A stretch of 64,000 bases of DNA from Vitrella brassicaformis CCMP3155 (Eukaryota; Protista; Chromerida). The notes beneath the pieces were generated by a model. The model saw only the letters and a list, made by a program, of their open reading frames with translations, searched no databases and had not been told where the DNA came from. Location of the stretch: contig CDMY01000394.1 of the NCBI GenBank assembly GCA_001179505.1, forward strand, positions 24,465 through 88,464. The letters are read 5' to 3'. Both the position numbers and the translations under genes were made by a program. Each line of letters starts with the position of its first letter. The stretch's first letter is position 1. This document shows, piece after piece, positions 12,819 to 24,849 of the stretch.

Positions 12819-13344
12819 ATGAAGGCACGTGCAGGTATCCAGCCCACGCACTGTCTGTGTTTGCTGACCAGGCAGGTGTAGAGGAGGTGGTTGCCCTCCC
12901 TGAGTGCGTCGTGCAGCGTGAGCTGATGCTCGGGGCCTTCGCTGAACCTGAGCGACAGGCGGCTGAAGGTGGCGCAGAGGGCCTGCTCCAGGCTGACCCG
13001 CTCGCCGCCCTCCTCACTGCTGCTCGTGCCGCTATCCCTGGTGGTGGTCGACTGGTCGCCGAATACCACTGTCACGCCCTCGCTGCCCTCCAGGACACTC
13101 TCGACGGAGTGGCTGGGAAAGAAGAGCACACTCAGCAGCTGCGCCAACACCTCTTTGGCTGCAAAAGACACACAGCACAAACGCACACAACACCGACACA
13201 AAGATATGTGGCAGATCCGCGATAGAGACCCCCGTGTTTGTGCTTGCCAGTGGTGGGCGAGTGCCTGGGCAGTGCGCCTGACAGGTGCAGGCTACGGCCA
13301 CTGCTGAGGCCCGGCTCGGCTGAGCTGTGGCAAGCCAGAGCCAT
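10713..13344 (-). CDS. Ankyrin-repeat + F-box-like protein with plant At2g32560/At2g26850-type C-terminal domain
   Basis: ANK motif IHATDSEGNGPLHIAASYGRTEAAAALL..VNRRNQRGYTPVDCA. F-box-like LPIVRDISEW..ALSLTCRTLWNEINSQDFYWQQSFQRMWP. C-terminal [76 protein letters not shown]. First intron is GC-AG (13247-13159). Confidence 0.8.
12784..12813 (+). repeat. Intronic (AG)n microsatellite adjacent to a (CA)n run
   Basis: Read directly; lies inside an intron of the ANK/F-box gene. Confidence 0.9.
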
Positions 13345-13478
13345 CCTCGGCTGCGGCAGAGTACAGATCAGCCCTCTGTCTTCAAGATCCGGTATGCAAT
13401 TGGACGAGTAAACACGCACAACACACAGAAAGGTGCAATTGGGGAAAGCTGCGCCACGCAGTCTAAGCTCGCAAGAGG

Positions 13479-14937
13479 ATGCCGTTCGTTTCACCCTTTT
13501 CCCCGACTACTGGAATGGACGCCATCACTGCAGCGGTGATGAAGCCCCCGAACCCTTTGATGAAGCCATACGATGGAGTGGGCACTGCAACAACTCCCTT
13601 GTTAATTTGCACTGACGTGACTGTCGTCGATGTGTGTCTGTCTGTCTGTTTTTTGCCTGCAGGTGCAGAATGACAGGTTCTGGCGCTACCTCTGCCGGCG
13701 CGAGAGGGCCACCCTCCGCATCCCATCGTCGCGCCTCTCGCCACCACCCCCACCAGACAATACTACTGGACCGTCGCTCTCCCATTCCAATAGCCTCGCT
13801 GACCTGCGCCACGGGCCGTCGCAGCCTGCTGTCCCGGTCAAGCGGCTGGAACTCGAGACCCACATGCAGCAGTGGAACGGGCACTTCTTCGCCGGGCCCC
13901 TCCATCGGCCCGGCCTGGCAAGAAGCCAATTATCATGAAGGCTGAAGGGAGTTGTCGGCTGAGACACGACAGAGAAAGCAAGGAGGCGTCTGCCCGTCGT
14001 CGGGAAGACGATGACGCGTCGTCGGTGCTGTCGAGCATCAGTCTGTCGTTTGATTCAAAGTCGGTCTACACGGGGAAGACGGGCAGGTCGTCCACGGCCG
14101 ACAAGAAAACAGACAAGAGCCATCGCAGCAACAACAACAACAGAGCACCAGACAAGCAGAAGGAGAAGGAGTTCACGAGACTCTCAGAGCGGAAACAGCA
14201 GCCCCCCAGACCATACCGGCCGATGGATCACCACAATGTGCTGTCGTGCCTCCCTCCCGTCCTCCTTGATCGCAATCACCGCCACCAGGGGGCCAACCTG
14301 AGCTATTCGACGCTCCTGGCTCTCATCTCTGAGCCCAAAAATGCTGACGAGGCGCGGCGGCAGGCCTTTCTGAAAAGCATTCTGCGGATGCAGGTCAGCC
14401 GTGAGATGACTGACGGAGGGGGTGGGGGGGTGAGGTAACTGTGGTGAGTGGTTGGGGGGACTGTGGTCAAGGACGTATACTGAATTACAGAGGTACACAG
14501 ACGCACAGTCTTCACGCACACAAATTGGCCACACAACACGTACACACACACACGAGACGCGCCACACGCTCACACACACCTACAGTCTGGCTACAGATAA
14601 AGGCGTTCGGCTACCTGTACCTATCCTTCCCAAGAAGCGCGAGCATCAGCACGCAATTGCTACCTCAGACACTGCCCCCTCACACACACACACATTGCAT
14701 TGCAAGGGGCTTTCCTTCACACCACCACATCAACCCGACGTCACGTCACTTGTTGCTATTTGCGGCCCCCTGCGTGAAGGCGTTCCACAGTGTCTGGAAG
14801 TCGAGGATATCGGTGAGCGCTGTGTGCGGCGGGGCGTCCAGCAGTTTGAGTGCTGGCGACGCCCACTTGTCGGGGAGCAGCGTCGTCACGAAGTGACGCA
14901 GCAGCCTCTTCCTGCATTCCATTCACCACACGCATAG
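13479..14937 (+). CDS. Hypothetical low-complexity protein; reading frame breaks at 13935-13938
   Basis: Exon MPFVSPF..LICTD splices in phase to VQNDRFWRYLCRRE... That frame stops at TGA 13936-13938, overlapping an ATG that opens MKAEG..SILRMQ. Last exon starts near 14597; end uncertain. Confidence 0.45.
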
Positions 14938-17900
14938 CGCACACACCAGCAACACAGTTGAGTGGACGCATCCTTGTCTCTGCTCCTTCCTCCCTCCCTC
15001 ACTTTTTCTCGTTGTGTCGGATGCAGTGCCGCTGTGTGGGGAAGAGCATCAGGTCGAATGAGAATCCCACGTCGTTCATACGCTGTGCAGCACACACCCA
15101 TCATGCCCATCATGCCATGCCACACACAACACACAACACACACCTTACTGCATAAATGGATCTTCCCCTTGCTTGACATGTACTATATGCCCGCCCACCT
15201 CGATGAGTGCGGCCGAGTGTCTGAAGTGGACGTTCTCGTCCAGGAGGCCGTGGATGAGCAGCAGCCGGTGCTCTCTGGGGTTGAGGTACCGCACCTGCGG
15301 CAGCACGCTCGACTCGTGGTAGGCCTCGGGCTGCTCACTGGGCAGCGACAGATACCTCTCCGTCCAGTGCGTAGAGTAGCCCTCCCTGCACACACGCACC
15401 CATCCATCCATCCATCCATCTGCATGTGTGTGGGTGTGTGTGCCTACAGGAATGTGACAGGCGAGACGGCGACGGCGCTGCGGAACACCTCGGGGAAGCG
15501 GAAGATGGCCATCGCGCTCATATACCCACCTGCACACACACATACGTATGGGCACACAGACGCCATAATTGACTGACTGCCCCTCTGGATGGACACACAA
15601 ACACCTGAGCACCCACCTACCGTATGAAGCCCCGAAGATGCCGACGCCCCTGTATTCACTGTCGTTGGGGTCGGCCTTGGCCAGTCCGATTGCCGTGAGG
15701 TGCCGTACGCCGTCGATCTGGTCCTCCAGCTCGATGCGTCCCATGTTGAGGTGCACAGCCTTCTCGAAGTCGCGGTCTCTGTTCTTGCTGCCCCTGTTGT
15801 CGATCTTCATCACCAGGAAGCCAAGCGTCCGCAGCAGCTGGCTCTGGTAGTCGAACACCTGGACAGCATACAGGGGGGATGTGAGTGAGAGTCGTGTGTG
15901 TGTGTGTGTGTGTGTTTGGTGTGTCCAGGCCAGGAGGGGGAGGGGGGGGCCTAGGTTACCTGGTCGATGGTGTTGGTCACATACTGCACCCCTGGCCCGC
16001 CGTAGAGAGAGACGATGCACGGGTAGGGGCCCTCGCCATAGACACGCTTGTCGGGCAGGAAATACAGGCCGTTCAGACGCGTACCTGGTTCACCCACACA
16101 CAGATATACAAGGTTCCATAACACACAAACAACGCAAGGCGACCAGTGTGTGTATGGTATGTGGCCCGGCAGGCAGTGTGGCAGTGGACGAGCTCAGCCC
16201 ACCTGTGCGGTTGTGGCAGGTGAACAAGTGTGGCTTCCCGTAGAACATGTCCATCAGCCCGCCGTGGACCGCCTGCACCTTCGGCACCGTTATCACGACC
16301 GCACCCAGACCCGCATCGCTCGGCGCCACCTTGGGCCTCTCTCCCCCCTCCCTTTTGCCGTCCTCCTTCTCGCCCACACGCGGCCGCTGCGTCGACGGCT
16401 CGCTCGAGGATGCAGGCGGCCGCCTGCCCTTGGCCCCACCACCATCCTCACCCACACCGCCATTGCCATCGCCATCAGCCATCGACGCGTCCCCCTGGGT
16501 GCCGCTGCTGCCGGCTGTCGGCACACCACCAGCAGCCGGCCCCCCGTTGAGATTGGGAAGCATGCCTGAGTCGCGCAACACCGATGTGGGGTCGAATTTG
16601 CGAAGCCAGATGCCGCGGTAGAAGTTGATGGATGAGAACTGGTGGATCCACATGGACTTGTCGGGCGAGATGATCGCCTGATGCACACCTGGGGCGAGGG
16701 AGAGGGGGACGGGGGGAGGGGGCGTGGGAGGGGTGGTGGTGATGGGCGGTATGGGTGAGAGGTAGATGTGGTGGTTGCAGGGGTCGGTGTTGTCGCACCC
16801 CTGCCAGCAGACGTAGGACGTGTCGTGCGCCACCAGCGATATCACCTTGTGCGTCGGCGGGGTCAGGGGGATCGCCATCGAGCTGATCAGAAAATACGAC
16901 CGACACACGACAGACACGCGACACAGTCTATACTCTTCACAAAGGGTCTGCATGCCTATCCCTTTTCCCTCCCTCCCTGACTCACCCACCCACCGGTCAT
17001 AGAGGCTTCTGAGGAAGAGTGTGGTGATGCCTGGCGAGTCCGAGCCCCACAGGTAGAGACCCTCCTTGCCCACCAAAGTGAACAAGTCCTTCAAATCAAC
17101 CCACTTCTCGTCCTTCTCTGTGTGCACCTGATGCACACACAAGACACAGCACACAGCACAGCACAGCACAACGCACAACGCACACAATGCCGGAGTGCCA
17201 TGTTGTGCTGTAAGCACGTGTGTGGTGTGGTGTGGTGTCACCTGAGTGGGTTTGCCTGTGGCCGTGTCGAACAGCATCAGGTGCAGCTCTGTTTGCGGCC
17301 GGTTCTGCAGCTGCACGAGGAGGGAAGGCCGTCCGCTCGCCGTGGGCAGGCTGACGCACACACACAAGACACCACCACACAACCACACAGGTACACACAA
17401 GACGCACGTGTGCATGTGGTGTACCTCGGTGTGTGTGGTGTGCGATGTGTGCTTACTCGACCCAGTCGACACGCGCGACATAGACCTCGTCATCGGGCCC
17501 TAAGTCCATCCACACCACTGAAGGGTCCTTGAACACGTCGCGAGCCAGACAATCTGACAACCATCAACCACACACACAACCCACATGTGCGCACGTAGGA
17601 TAGACACCAGCCGGGCGGCCTACCTGGTTGCTTGCTGCCCTGTCGGACGTCCTTGGCCGCTTTCTCCCTCTCATCTTTGCCAGGCACCTTGATGACGCCC
17701 AACCTCATTTTCGCATTGGGGTAGCCCGCTACCGCCATCCATCCATCCATGCAGAGAGTGTCTGGTCTGTGTGGGTGCGTTCATCAAGGAGGTGTGATTG
17801 GTGCGGTGTGTGTGGTGTGTACCGAAGGCGAAGTGGTGGCTCTCCTTTGGAACGCCCTCGGCCGCCGGGTTGCTCTTGACGACGTGCTGGTGCACTATGT

Positions 17901-18989
17901 CGTATGCTGCATGCCATCCATCCATCCAGCCAGCCATCTCATGAAAGATACACACACATTGTGTATGTATGCGGTGGGGGGTGGGTGTATGTGAGTAATG
18001 TGGTGCTTGTCTTGTGCCATCCCATGCCATGCCATGACCCACCGGGGATGTGCGACTCGTCGAATGAGCAGAAGGCGATGTAGGATGAATCAGGCGACCA
18101 CCAGTAGCCTTCAGACACACACACACACACACACACACACATCCATCCATCCACCGATCCATCCATCCATCGTAGCCGTCCGTCCTCCCTCACCCCCACC
18201 TCGCAATCGATGCATCTCCTCCTGTGCCATATATTCTGCCAGCCCGGTAGTCCATCCGCCATTGCCTCTCGCCCCACTGGTCAGCTGCAGCGCCACGCCA
18301 GGCTCCCCCTCGCCCTCCACCCCCACCACATACACCTCCTTGTCCCTCACCAACGACACCATCTGCCCGTCCGGCGACCACAGGGCATCCAGCATCGGGT
18401 GGGGGTCGTCAGGCGGCGCGTCCAGGAGGCAGTACGGCTCGGTGGGTTCTTCGTCTGTGCTGGACGACGGGAGTGACTTGATCCAGAGTGCCTTGCCGAA
18501 GGGGAGGAGGATGCTGTTGTGCGCCGTGCTCCAGTGGTACTTGGTCACACCCAGGCCCGACGAACGCGCCCGCTCACGCTGCAGCTTCTCCTCCAACCTG
18601 CACATGACGTCACACACGCACCCACACGTGTGCAGTGAGTGCACCGGAACGCATTGATTCGTTCGATTCATGTGTGTCTGTCTGTCTGTCTGTCTGGCTG
18701 CAGCTCACGAGAGATCTTCGTCTCTGAGTGCCGTGTTGGTCAGCCTGAGAGGGTCCACAATCCGCCTGGGCACGCCCTCGTCCACATGGATGGCATACAG
18801 GTGCCGCACACTGGCGCCATGCACAGCCAGGTAGGTCACCCACTTGTTGTCTGGGGAGAAGGAGAACGTGTTGATGTAGCTGCCGTTGGCTGGGCGGGTC
18901 ATAAAGGTCTGCCATAGGAGCGGCTGGCTGGCCGGGTGAGAATGGCTGCCAGGAACTTCGGGATTCAGCGGCACCGAGGGAGCTGACAT
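14746..18989 (-). CDS. Dipeptidyl peptidase IV family (S9B, DPP8/9-like) serine peptidase, multi-exon
   Basis: Propeller motifs FSFSPD, KLQRERAR, GLAEYMAQEE, GYWWSPDS, GYPNAK. Catalytic domain LYGGPGVQYV, IDNRGSKNRDRDFEK, GIFGASYGGYM (Ser), LIHGLLDENVHFRH (Asp), LFPTQRHCIR (His). No signal peptide or TM anchor. Confidence 0.92.
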
Positions 18990-19178
18990 GGCTCAAGCGA
19001 CAAGATCTGCACAGCTACTCGCAGACTTTGATACTCAATGGACGTGTGAGCGGTGTGGAGCACGTCAAACTCACAGACATCAGCTGCGCGCGACCTTGGG
19101 CAGTGGTTTCAGGGAGCACCCTAGGCCACAGGCGAGCTAGGGGCAACTCCCGATTCGTTTTTTTTGTCGGCAAACAGG

Positions 19179-20005
19179 ATGGCGTTGGCAGTGCGCAGCA
19201 GCCGTGCCTTTCTGCAGGGCAGGCTGACGGTCGCCCCTCTGTCGCAGCGGATCTCCGCCCGATGGTTCGGTGCGTATGACGGTCAGCCTGTGACGGACGC
19301 GCAGCTGGTCAAGAAGGACCCCGACTGGGTGATAGAGGAGACCAACTTCTGCATCGGTCGCATCGGCTTCGTGCGCCACAAGGAGACCGACGACATGGCC
19401 CGCCGCACGCTGCGCATCTTCGACACGCAGCTGCCGCGGATGCAGACCCGGCTGCGGGACGGCACCGTCATCCCCGCCATGGGCTTCTACATGGACCACA
19501 TCGTCGACCGCCCCGCGCCGCTCCACAACTTCGTGGAGAAGCCAGTCCTCAAGTACACGTGGGACGAGACGTACGACGAGGCGTGGGAGGATGTGGAGGG
19601 GCCGGTGGGGGGCACCAAGGACCCCACTGAGTGGCCCAAGGCCAAGCCGCCCAAGCGCACCTACCCGCCCGAGATGAACAGGGCCTCCAAGCCACCCCCA
19701 CCCGGGCAGGGACGGATGGCCTCAGCCAGCAAACCCACGGTAGGTCAAGGTCAGGAGTGAAAGGGGTGGCTACACAACACAATACAACACGACACAAGAC
19801 TAGACGCTATCTGTGCAGCACAGCACAGCGTGTGGTCAGCGATGGATGGATTTGGCACATGTCATGTGTGCAGGCGCACGACGTGGGTGAGAGCAAGAGG
19901 ACGGGCATCAAGTCCACCGCGGAGCAAACCAGGGAGGCCATCAAGAAAGCTGCTGCTGAGGCCAGGGAGGCTGTGGCTGAGGCAATGCCGTCCTCGAAGA
20001 AGTGA
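19179..20005 (+). CDS. Orphan protein with mitochondrial-type presequence (2 exons)
   Basis: MALAVRSSRAFLQGRLTVAPLSQRISARWF is Arg/Ser/Ala-rich with no acidic residues. Strong codon bias; one GT-AG intron; stop TGA at 20003-20005. Confidence 0.8.
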
Positions 20006-21409
20006 CACACATGTACGCGAAATGGATCGCTGGATGGAGGGAGGGAAGGGGCGGGGGCCACGTGAGAGAGGGGGATAATCCTCAAGTGGGATGGATGGAT
20101 GGATGGGTGCGTGTGCGGGACGGGCATGAAGTGCACTTCTGTGTAGCATATTGAGTCAGTCGGGTCGTTTCAACGGCAGTCTCTCCGATCCATGTGTCGC
20201 CTCTCTGCCTGCCTGCCTGCCTGCCTGCCTTGCCAACTTTTTGCTCACACACAACAGCAGTGATCTGTCGTGACGGGAGTTGTTCTTTGGCTGTCACCTT
20301 GGTCGTTGCCACGCAGCACAGGTACTGCTGCCGTTGTGAGGCGGCGAGAGAGGGACGCCGTTGACACTCCTGCACGACTGGTCGGTGTGATGTGGTGCAC
20401 CGGCTGTGTGCATGACGACGGGTGAGTGAACGTAGTCTTGTCTGTGTGTGGTGTGACGGTCTGTGAGTCGTTCATTCGTCATGGGCACGCTGAATGATCG
20501 ATCAAGGCATCATTTACTTATTCCTTGAGGCACACCCATCCACTCACTCCACAGTCACACGTATCAAAGACACGTGCATTCATTCGCTGTGTCTGTCTTT
20601 CACGCCCATTCATCCGTCCATCCATCCATCCATCATGTACACGTCGGCCAGCTGGATTTGTACACGATGTGTGGTGTGTGTATGTGGTGCGTGGGTCACT
20701 CAAGCACTCACTCGTCCCCTCGCTCAACTCACCCGACGTTGGCCGACGAGGTCGGTCTGCACTTCCCTTCCCGCACTGAACATGACCCCCAACAGGGACA
20801 GCCAAGCGTTGGCATTAATGAATACCCACACATCGACTGAACCTGTCCAGTGCCATGCCCAGCGTCAGGTATGCGACGGACGGGATGCATTTATCCGTTG
20901 GTTGGTAGGAAGGTACCTACCTACCTACCTATCTAGGCACTCTCTGTCTGTCCCGCCCCCTCTCACACTCTCTCTGGATCGTTGGCTATGTGCATTGTTT
21001 GTCAGGTAGGTGCACTCTCCTAGGACCCCACAGCACCCCTCCCTCCCTCCCAGGCACCACACCACCATCATGCACAGCACCGCACCGACCCACACACACA
21101 CAACACCCGCTCGTCAGTCAATGATAAATCGAAAACAGCCGCCATCTCGTGATGGGCCCATACCGCTCGCACCGCACCGCCCCGCATTGCATTGCCTCTC
21201 TCTGTGAGCGATGGCCGCTCAGTCTTGTCCCTCATTCATTCTCTATCGTCAAAAACTACCCAGGCAGGCATTGCATCCCCCTCAACTCACCTCCAACCAT
21301 CCATTAATGCATCACTCTAGCTATCTGCCTGCCAGCACACCACGCACCCACCCCCCATCCAGCACGCATCCGCACCGCCCACCAAATGCACCCCCTTGGT
21401 GGCCCCTCG

Positions 21410-23099
21410 TCATTGTGGCATGGATCGCGTCTTCAAGTAGGCGGGGACGAGCATCGTCAGCTTCTTGAGCTTGGACACATAGGCGCGCTTCCTCAGGTTG
21501 TCGTAGTCGTTGCGCTCGATGACCGTCAGGATGCCCCTGTAGACGTCCAAAGCCGTCTGCACGGCCAGCCGTGCGCTGGGGTGCAGCAGCGCCACCCCCC
21601 TCTCGGCACTCTCATAGTAGAGCTGGGCCTTCTGGATGTAGTACTTGACCAGCTCCTTGTATTGGTCCGTCACCCGGTGCTGAAAAATATCCCTCTCGCT
21701 CACGCCGAACTTCTGCAGGTCCTCCTGGGGGAGGTAGATGCGGCCCCGGTCTGCATCCTCACCCACGTCACGCAGGATGTTGGTGATCTGGAAGGCGATC
21801 CCCAGGTCGACGGCGTGTGGCGCCGCGTCGATGGCTCGCGCGCCTCGTGAGGTGCCGAGGATGGGGAGGGTCATGAGGCCGACCGTGCCAGCGACTCGGT
21901 AGCAGTAGAGGTACAGCTCGTTCCAGTCGCGGTATTTCTGCTGGTCGAGGTCCATGAGCATGCCCTTGATCATGTCCTGGAAGGGCTCGATCGCCAGAGA
22001 GGGGTACATGTCCCTCGTGTCCGCCAGGGCGCTGTCCAGCACATCCACGCACCGTCCCCGCCATATGTTGGCCAGCCGCTGCTCCCACAAGACGATCTGA
22101 TTCGCCAACGTCTGGCGGTCAGTGATGAGCGCCCGCGGTGAGTCGACGAGGTCGTCGGTGCGCCGGCACCACACGTAGACGGCCCAGAGGTTCTTGGCCT
22201 TCTCGGGTGAGATCATCTGTGTGCCGAGGTAGAAGGTCTTGCTGTAGATGGCCGTGATGCGCTTGCACGCCTCGTAGCCGAGCTCGATGGCCTTGGCGCG
22301 CCGCGTCTCGTCGCGCAGCACGTCCCTGTGGCTGAAGGCCTGATCGCTGCCCACATCCAGGGGCGGAGAAAACCACAACAGGTCCGAGTAATCCTGGTGG
22401 TACAAGCGGGGGGTGGGGGGCGGAGGGGGAGGGGCCACACGGGGGGCGTGGCTGGTGTGGGGAGGTGACACCAGGCCGGAAAGGGTGTCGTTTGCCGGCA
22501 GTGGGTCCATGGTGAGGCCCGGAGAAATGCCGACAGCCGAGGGGATGGAGCGATAGATGTGAGCAGGGTAGTCGGCCGTGGCGAACCCATCAGCCGTCGC
22601 CGTTGCCGTCGCACTGGCGGCCCTCACGGTAGTGGCGGCAGACAGCTGGGAAGGCGAGGCCGAAGGGGCTTTCCTGTCTGCTCCGCCCCTGTGCCGTGCC
22701 CGCCGCTTGTTCGCCCGGATGGACTTGTTTGACATGCTGCAACACGCAAACGCCGACCGCTGATCAGCGCGGAGAAAAGACCAAGGACGGGGAGAGGGGC
22801 GAGAGACTGCAAGCAGCACCCACACAATACATACACGCAGAGAAATGCGTCCACTCATTTGCGATCAGGCACACAGGTGGGTAGATCTCCATGTGATGTG
22901 TGTGCCGTCTTATCTTACCTGGGTCGTTGAAAGGGAAGCAGTGTGGTGGATGGTGTCGCATCTCCGTCGCTCCGGGAGGTAACGACTTTGTCCTGGTCCG
23001 GAGCGCACTCAGCCGAGATGGGGGGGACCTCGCGCAGACCCACGTTGATAAATCCGCGGCCACCCCAAGCGCCAGAAGGTGCACCCACCGCAATCCCAT
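21410..23099 (-). CDS. PSY: Phytoene synthase with bipartite (signal + transit) leader
   Basis: YSKTFYLGT, WAVYVWCRRTDDLVD, LYCYRVAGTVGLM, LGIAFQITNILRDVGEDADRGRIYLPQEDL are canonical PSY/CrtB motifs. Likely one intron (22918-22807, GTAAGA..TTGCAG, phase 1) after an exon starting MGLRWVHLLALGVAA. Confidence 0.95.
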
Positions 23100-23423
23100 C
23101 TGCGAGCGCCAGCGCGATACCTGCGGCCTCGGCGGCGGACGTGATTGTGATGCTGCGACTGCTGGTGCAGATGAGCTGGACGTGGCAGGCGGATCTCCGA
23201 CGAGCTTCATTAGCATACCACTGCGGAAAATGTCAGTCGACGGGCTTCAAAGTGACAAGGTGACGTGCCCATCGACGGACAGATGCAGAGCACAGCGGAG
23301 GGAGGGGAAGGTGGGGAGGCTGCGTGTGAGTTAGGGTAGATCCGTTTGCGCAACAAGCCGCGAGCTCAACCCTGCAAAGCTGGCGATGAGAGAACTGCCG
23401 GTAGATGAGATGAGTGAGTGAGA

Positions 23424-24849
23424 ATGAAGGTGCGCGTCGAGGTGCCAAACCCAGAGGAGGAGCGAGGGAGCGACCTCGGCCTCAGGAACAAGGCCATGGA
23501 AGATGATGAGATCATTGAGCACATTGAGCCGCCCATGTCGCGCGGCAAGCTGCTAGAGAAGGTGTGCTTCACACAGCGATGCCTCATCTTCCAAATCGCA
23601 CTCAACATCCTCCTCGCAGGTAGGTAGGGAGGACCGGGTGATGTATGGACAAGAAGACAACCGCGCGAACGTCATGTATGGTGTTTGCTTGTGTGTTGGC
23701 TGCTCGCAGTGCTGAACACGGCGATGGTGTTTATCGACATCATTTTGATCCAGCGGGAGAACCGACACAACCTCAACCAAGTGTGTGAAAGCGTGTCGAC
23801 AATGCACTCAGCGAAGGGATATATATGGCCGCATGTCTGTCTGTGTGTGGTTGTTTCTGTCTGTCTGTCTGTCTGTCTGTCTATCCGTCAGCCATCGACG
23901 CGTCTGATTGAGGACATCCTTTGTGTCGGTGACATCACTATCACGTCTGTGATACTGGTCGAGTTCGTGTTGAAGCTCCAGATGGCCGACTGGGGCGCCC
24001 GGCAGTTCTTCAAGTCATGGGAGCACATCTTGGACGCCCTCGTGCTGGTAGGTATGGCGTGGCGACCGACAGCCATTGAATGAATCATTGCAGACAGACG
24101 GGACACGACTCACTCACTCGAAGGCAACCTAACCTGTCTGTATCTTGTTTCCTTCTTCTGTCATTCGTCTCCCCTGTTTGTATCTCTCTCCTGTCTCACT
24201 CAGCTCATCTCATTCGTCTGTATCGGCCTGGCGTACGTGCAGATCAAGAAGGGGGCAGGTAATTAAGCTGAGTGAGAAGGGAAAACAAGACAGACAGGGG
24301 GGGAGGGAGAAGCGCATGGTATGTATGTGTTCCGGTTGGTGCGGTGCAGACGTCTCTGAAGCAGAGCTTGCCCTCGCCCTGCGCGTCATCACAGTCCGCG
24401 ACATTATGCGCATCGTCCGGACGGTCTATTTCCTCATCGAGATCAACACTCTCGTCACCACTTACCGCGGCCAGCACTCGCCGAGGAGCCAGCTCATCAA
24501 CCAGCCACTCATCGAAGCATACCAGCAGCCAAATCACCGCGACTTCTGTGTCCCCGAGCCACCAGAGCAGAAAGGCACCCTGCTCACAGCTGAGCCTCCA
24601 GGACCGCTGAGGGAGCTGTCGAGCAACAACCGGGGTGTCTCGGCGGTCTCGGCATTCTCTGAAGTCCCGGAGGTGCCGCCTGAGCATGACGACGAGGTGC
24701 CTGCAGTGCCCAGCGCGCCGACCAAGCCCCTGTATCAGCCAGGGTTGCCGCGCACACTGGATCAGAAGGGCGGCGGGGGTGGTGGTGGGTCGCTGCTGGC
24801 CGGGGCAGGCAAGAGGGATCAGTGGCACACGCCTGAGAGTTCTGTGTAG
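23424..24849 (+). CDS. Stand-alone voltage-sensor-domain-like 4-TM protein (no pore domain)
   Basis: Five phase-consistent exons give S1 NILLAVLNTAMVFIDIIL, S2 DITITSVILVEFVLKL, S3 FFKSWEHILDALVLLISFVCIGL and S4 LALRVITVRDIMRIVRTVYFL, then a Pro-rich cytosolic tail. Confidence 0.7.

Noticed and set aside
21410-24849. Carotenoid or plastid biosynthetic gene cluster around PSY
   Set aside because: Neighbouring genes have no recognisable link to isoprenoid or carotenoid metabolism.
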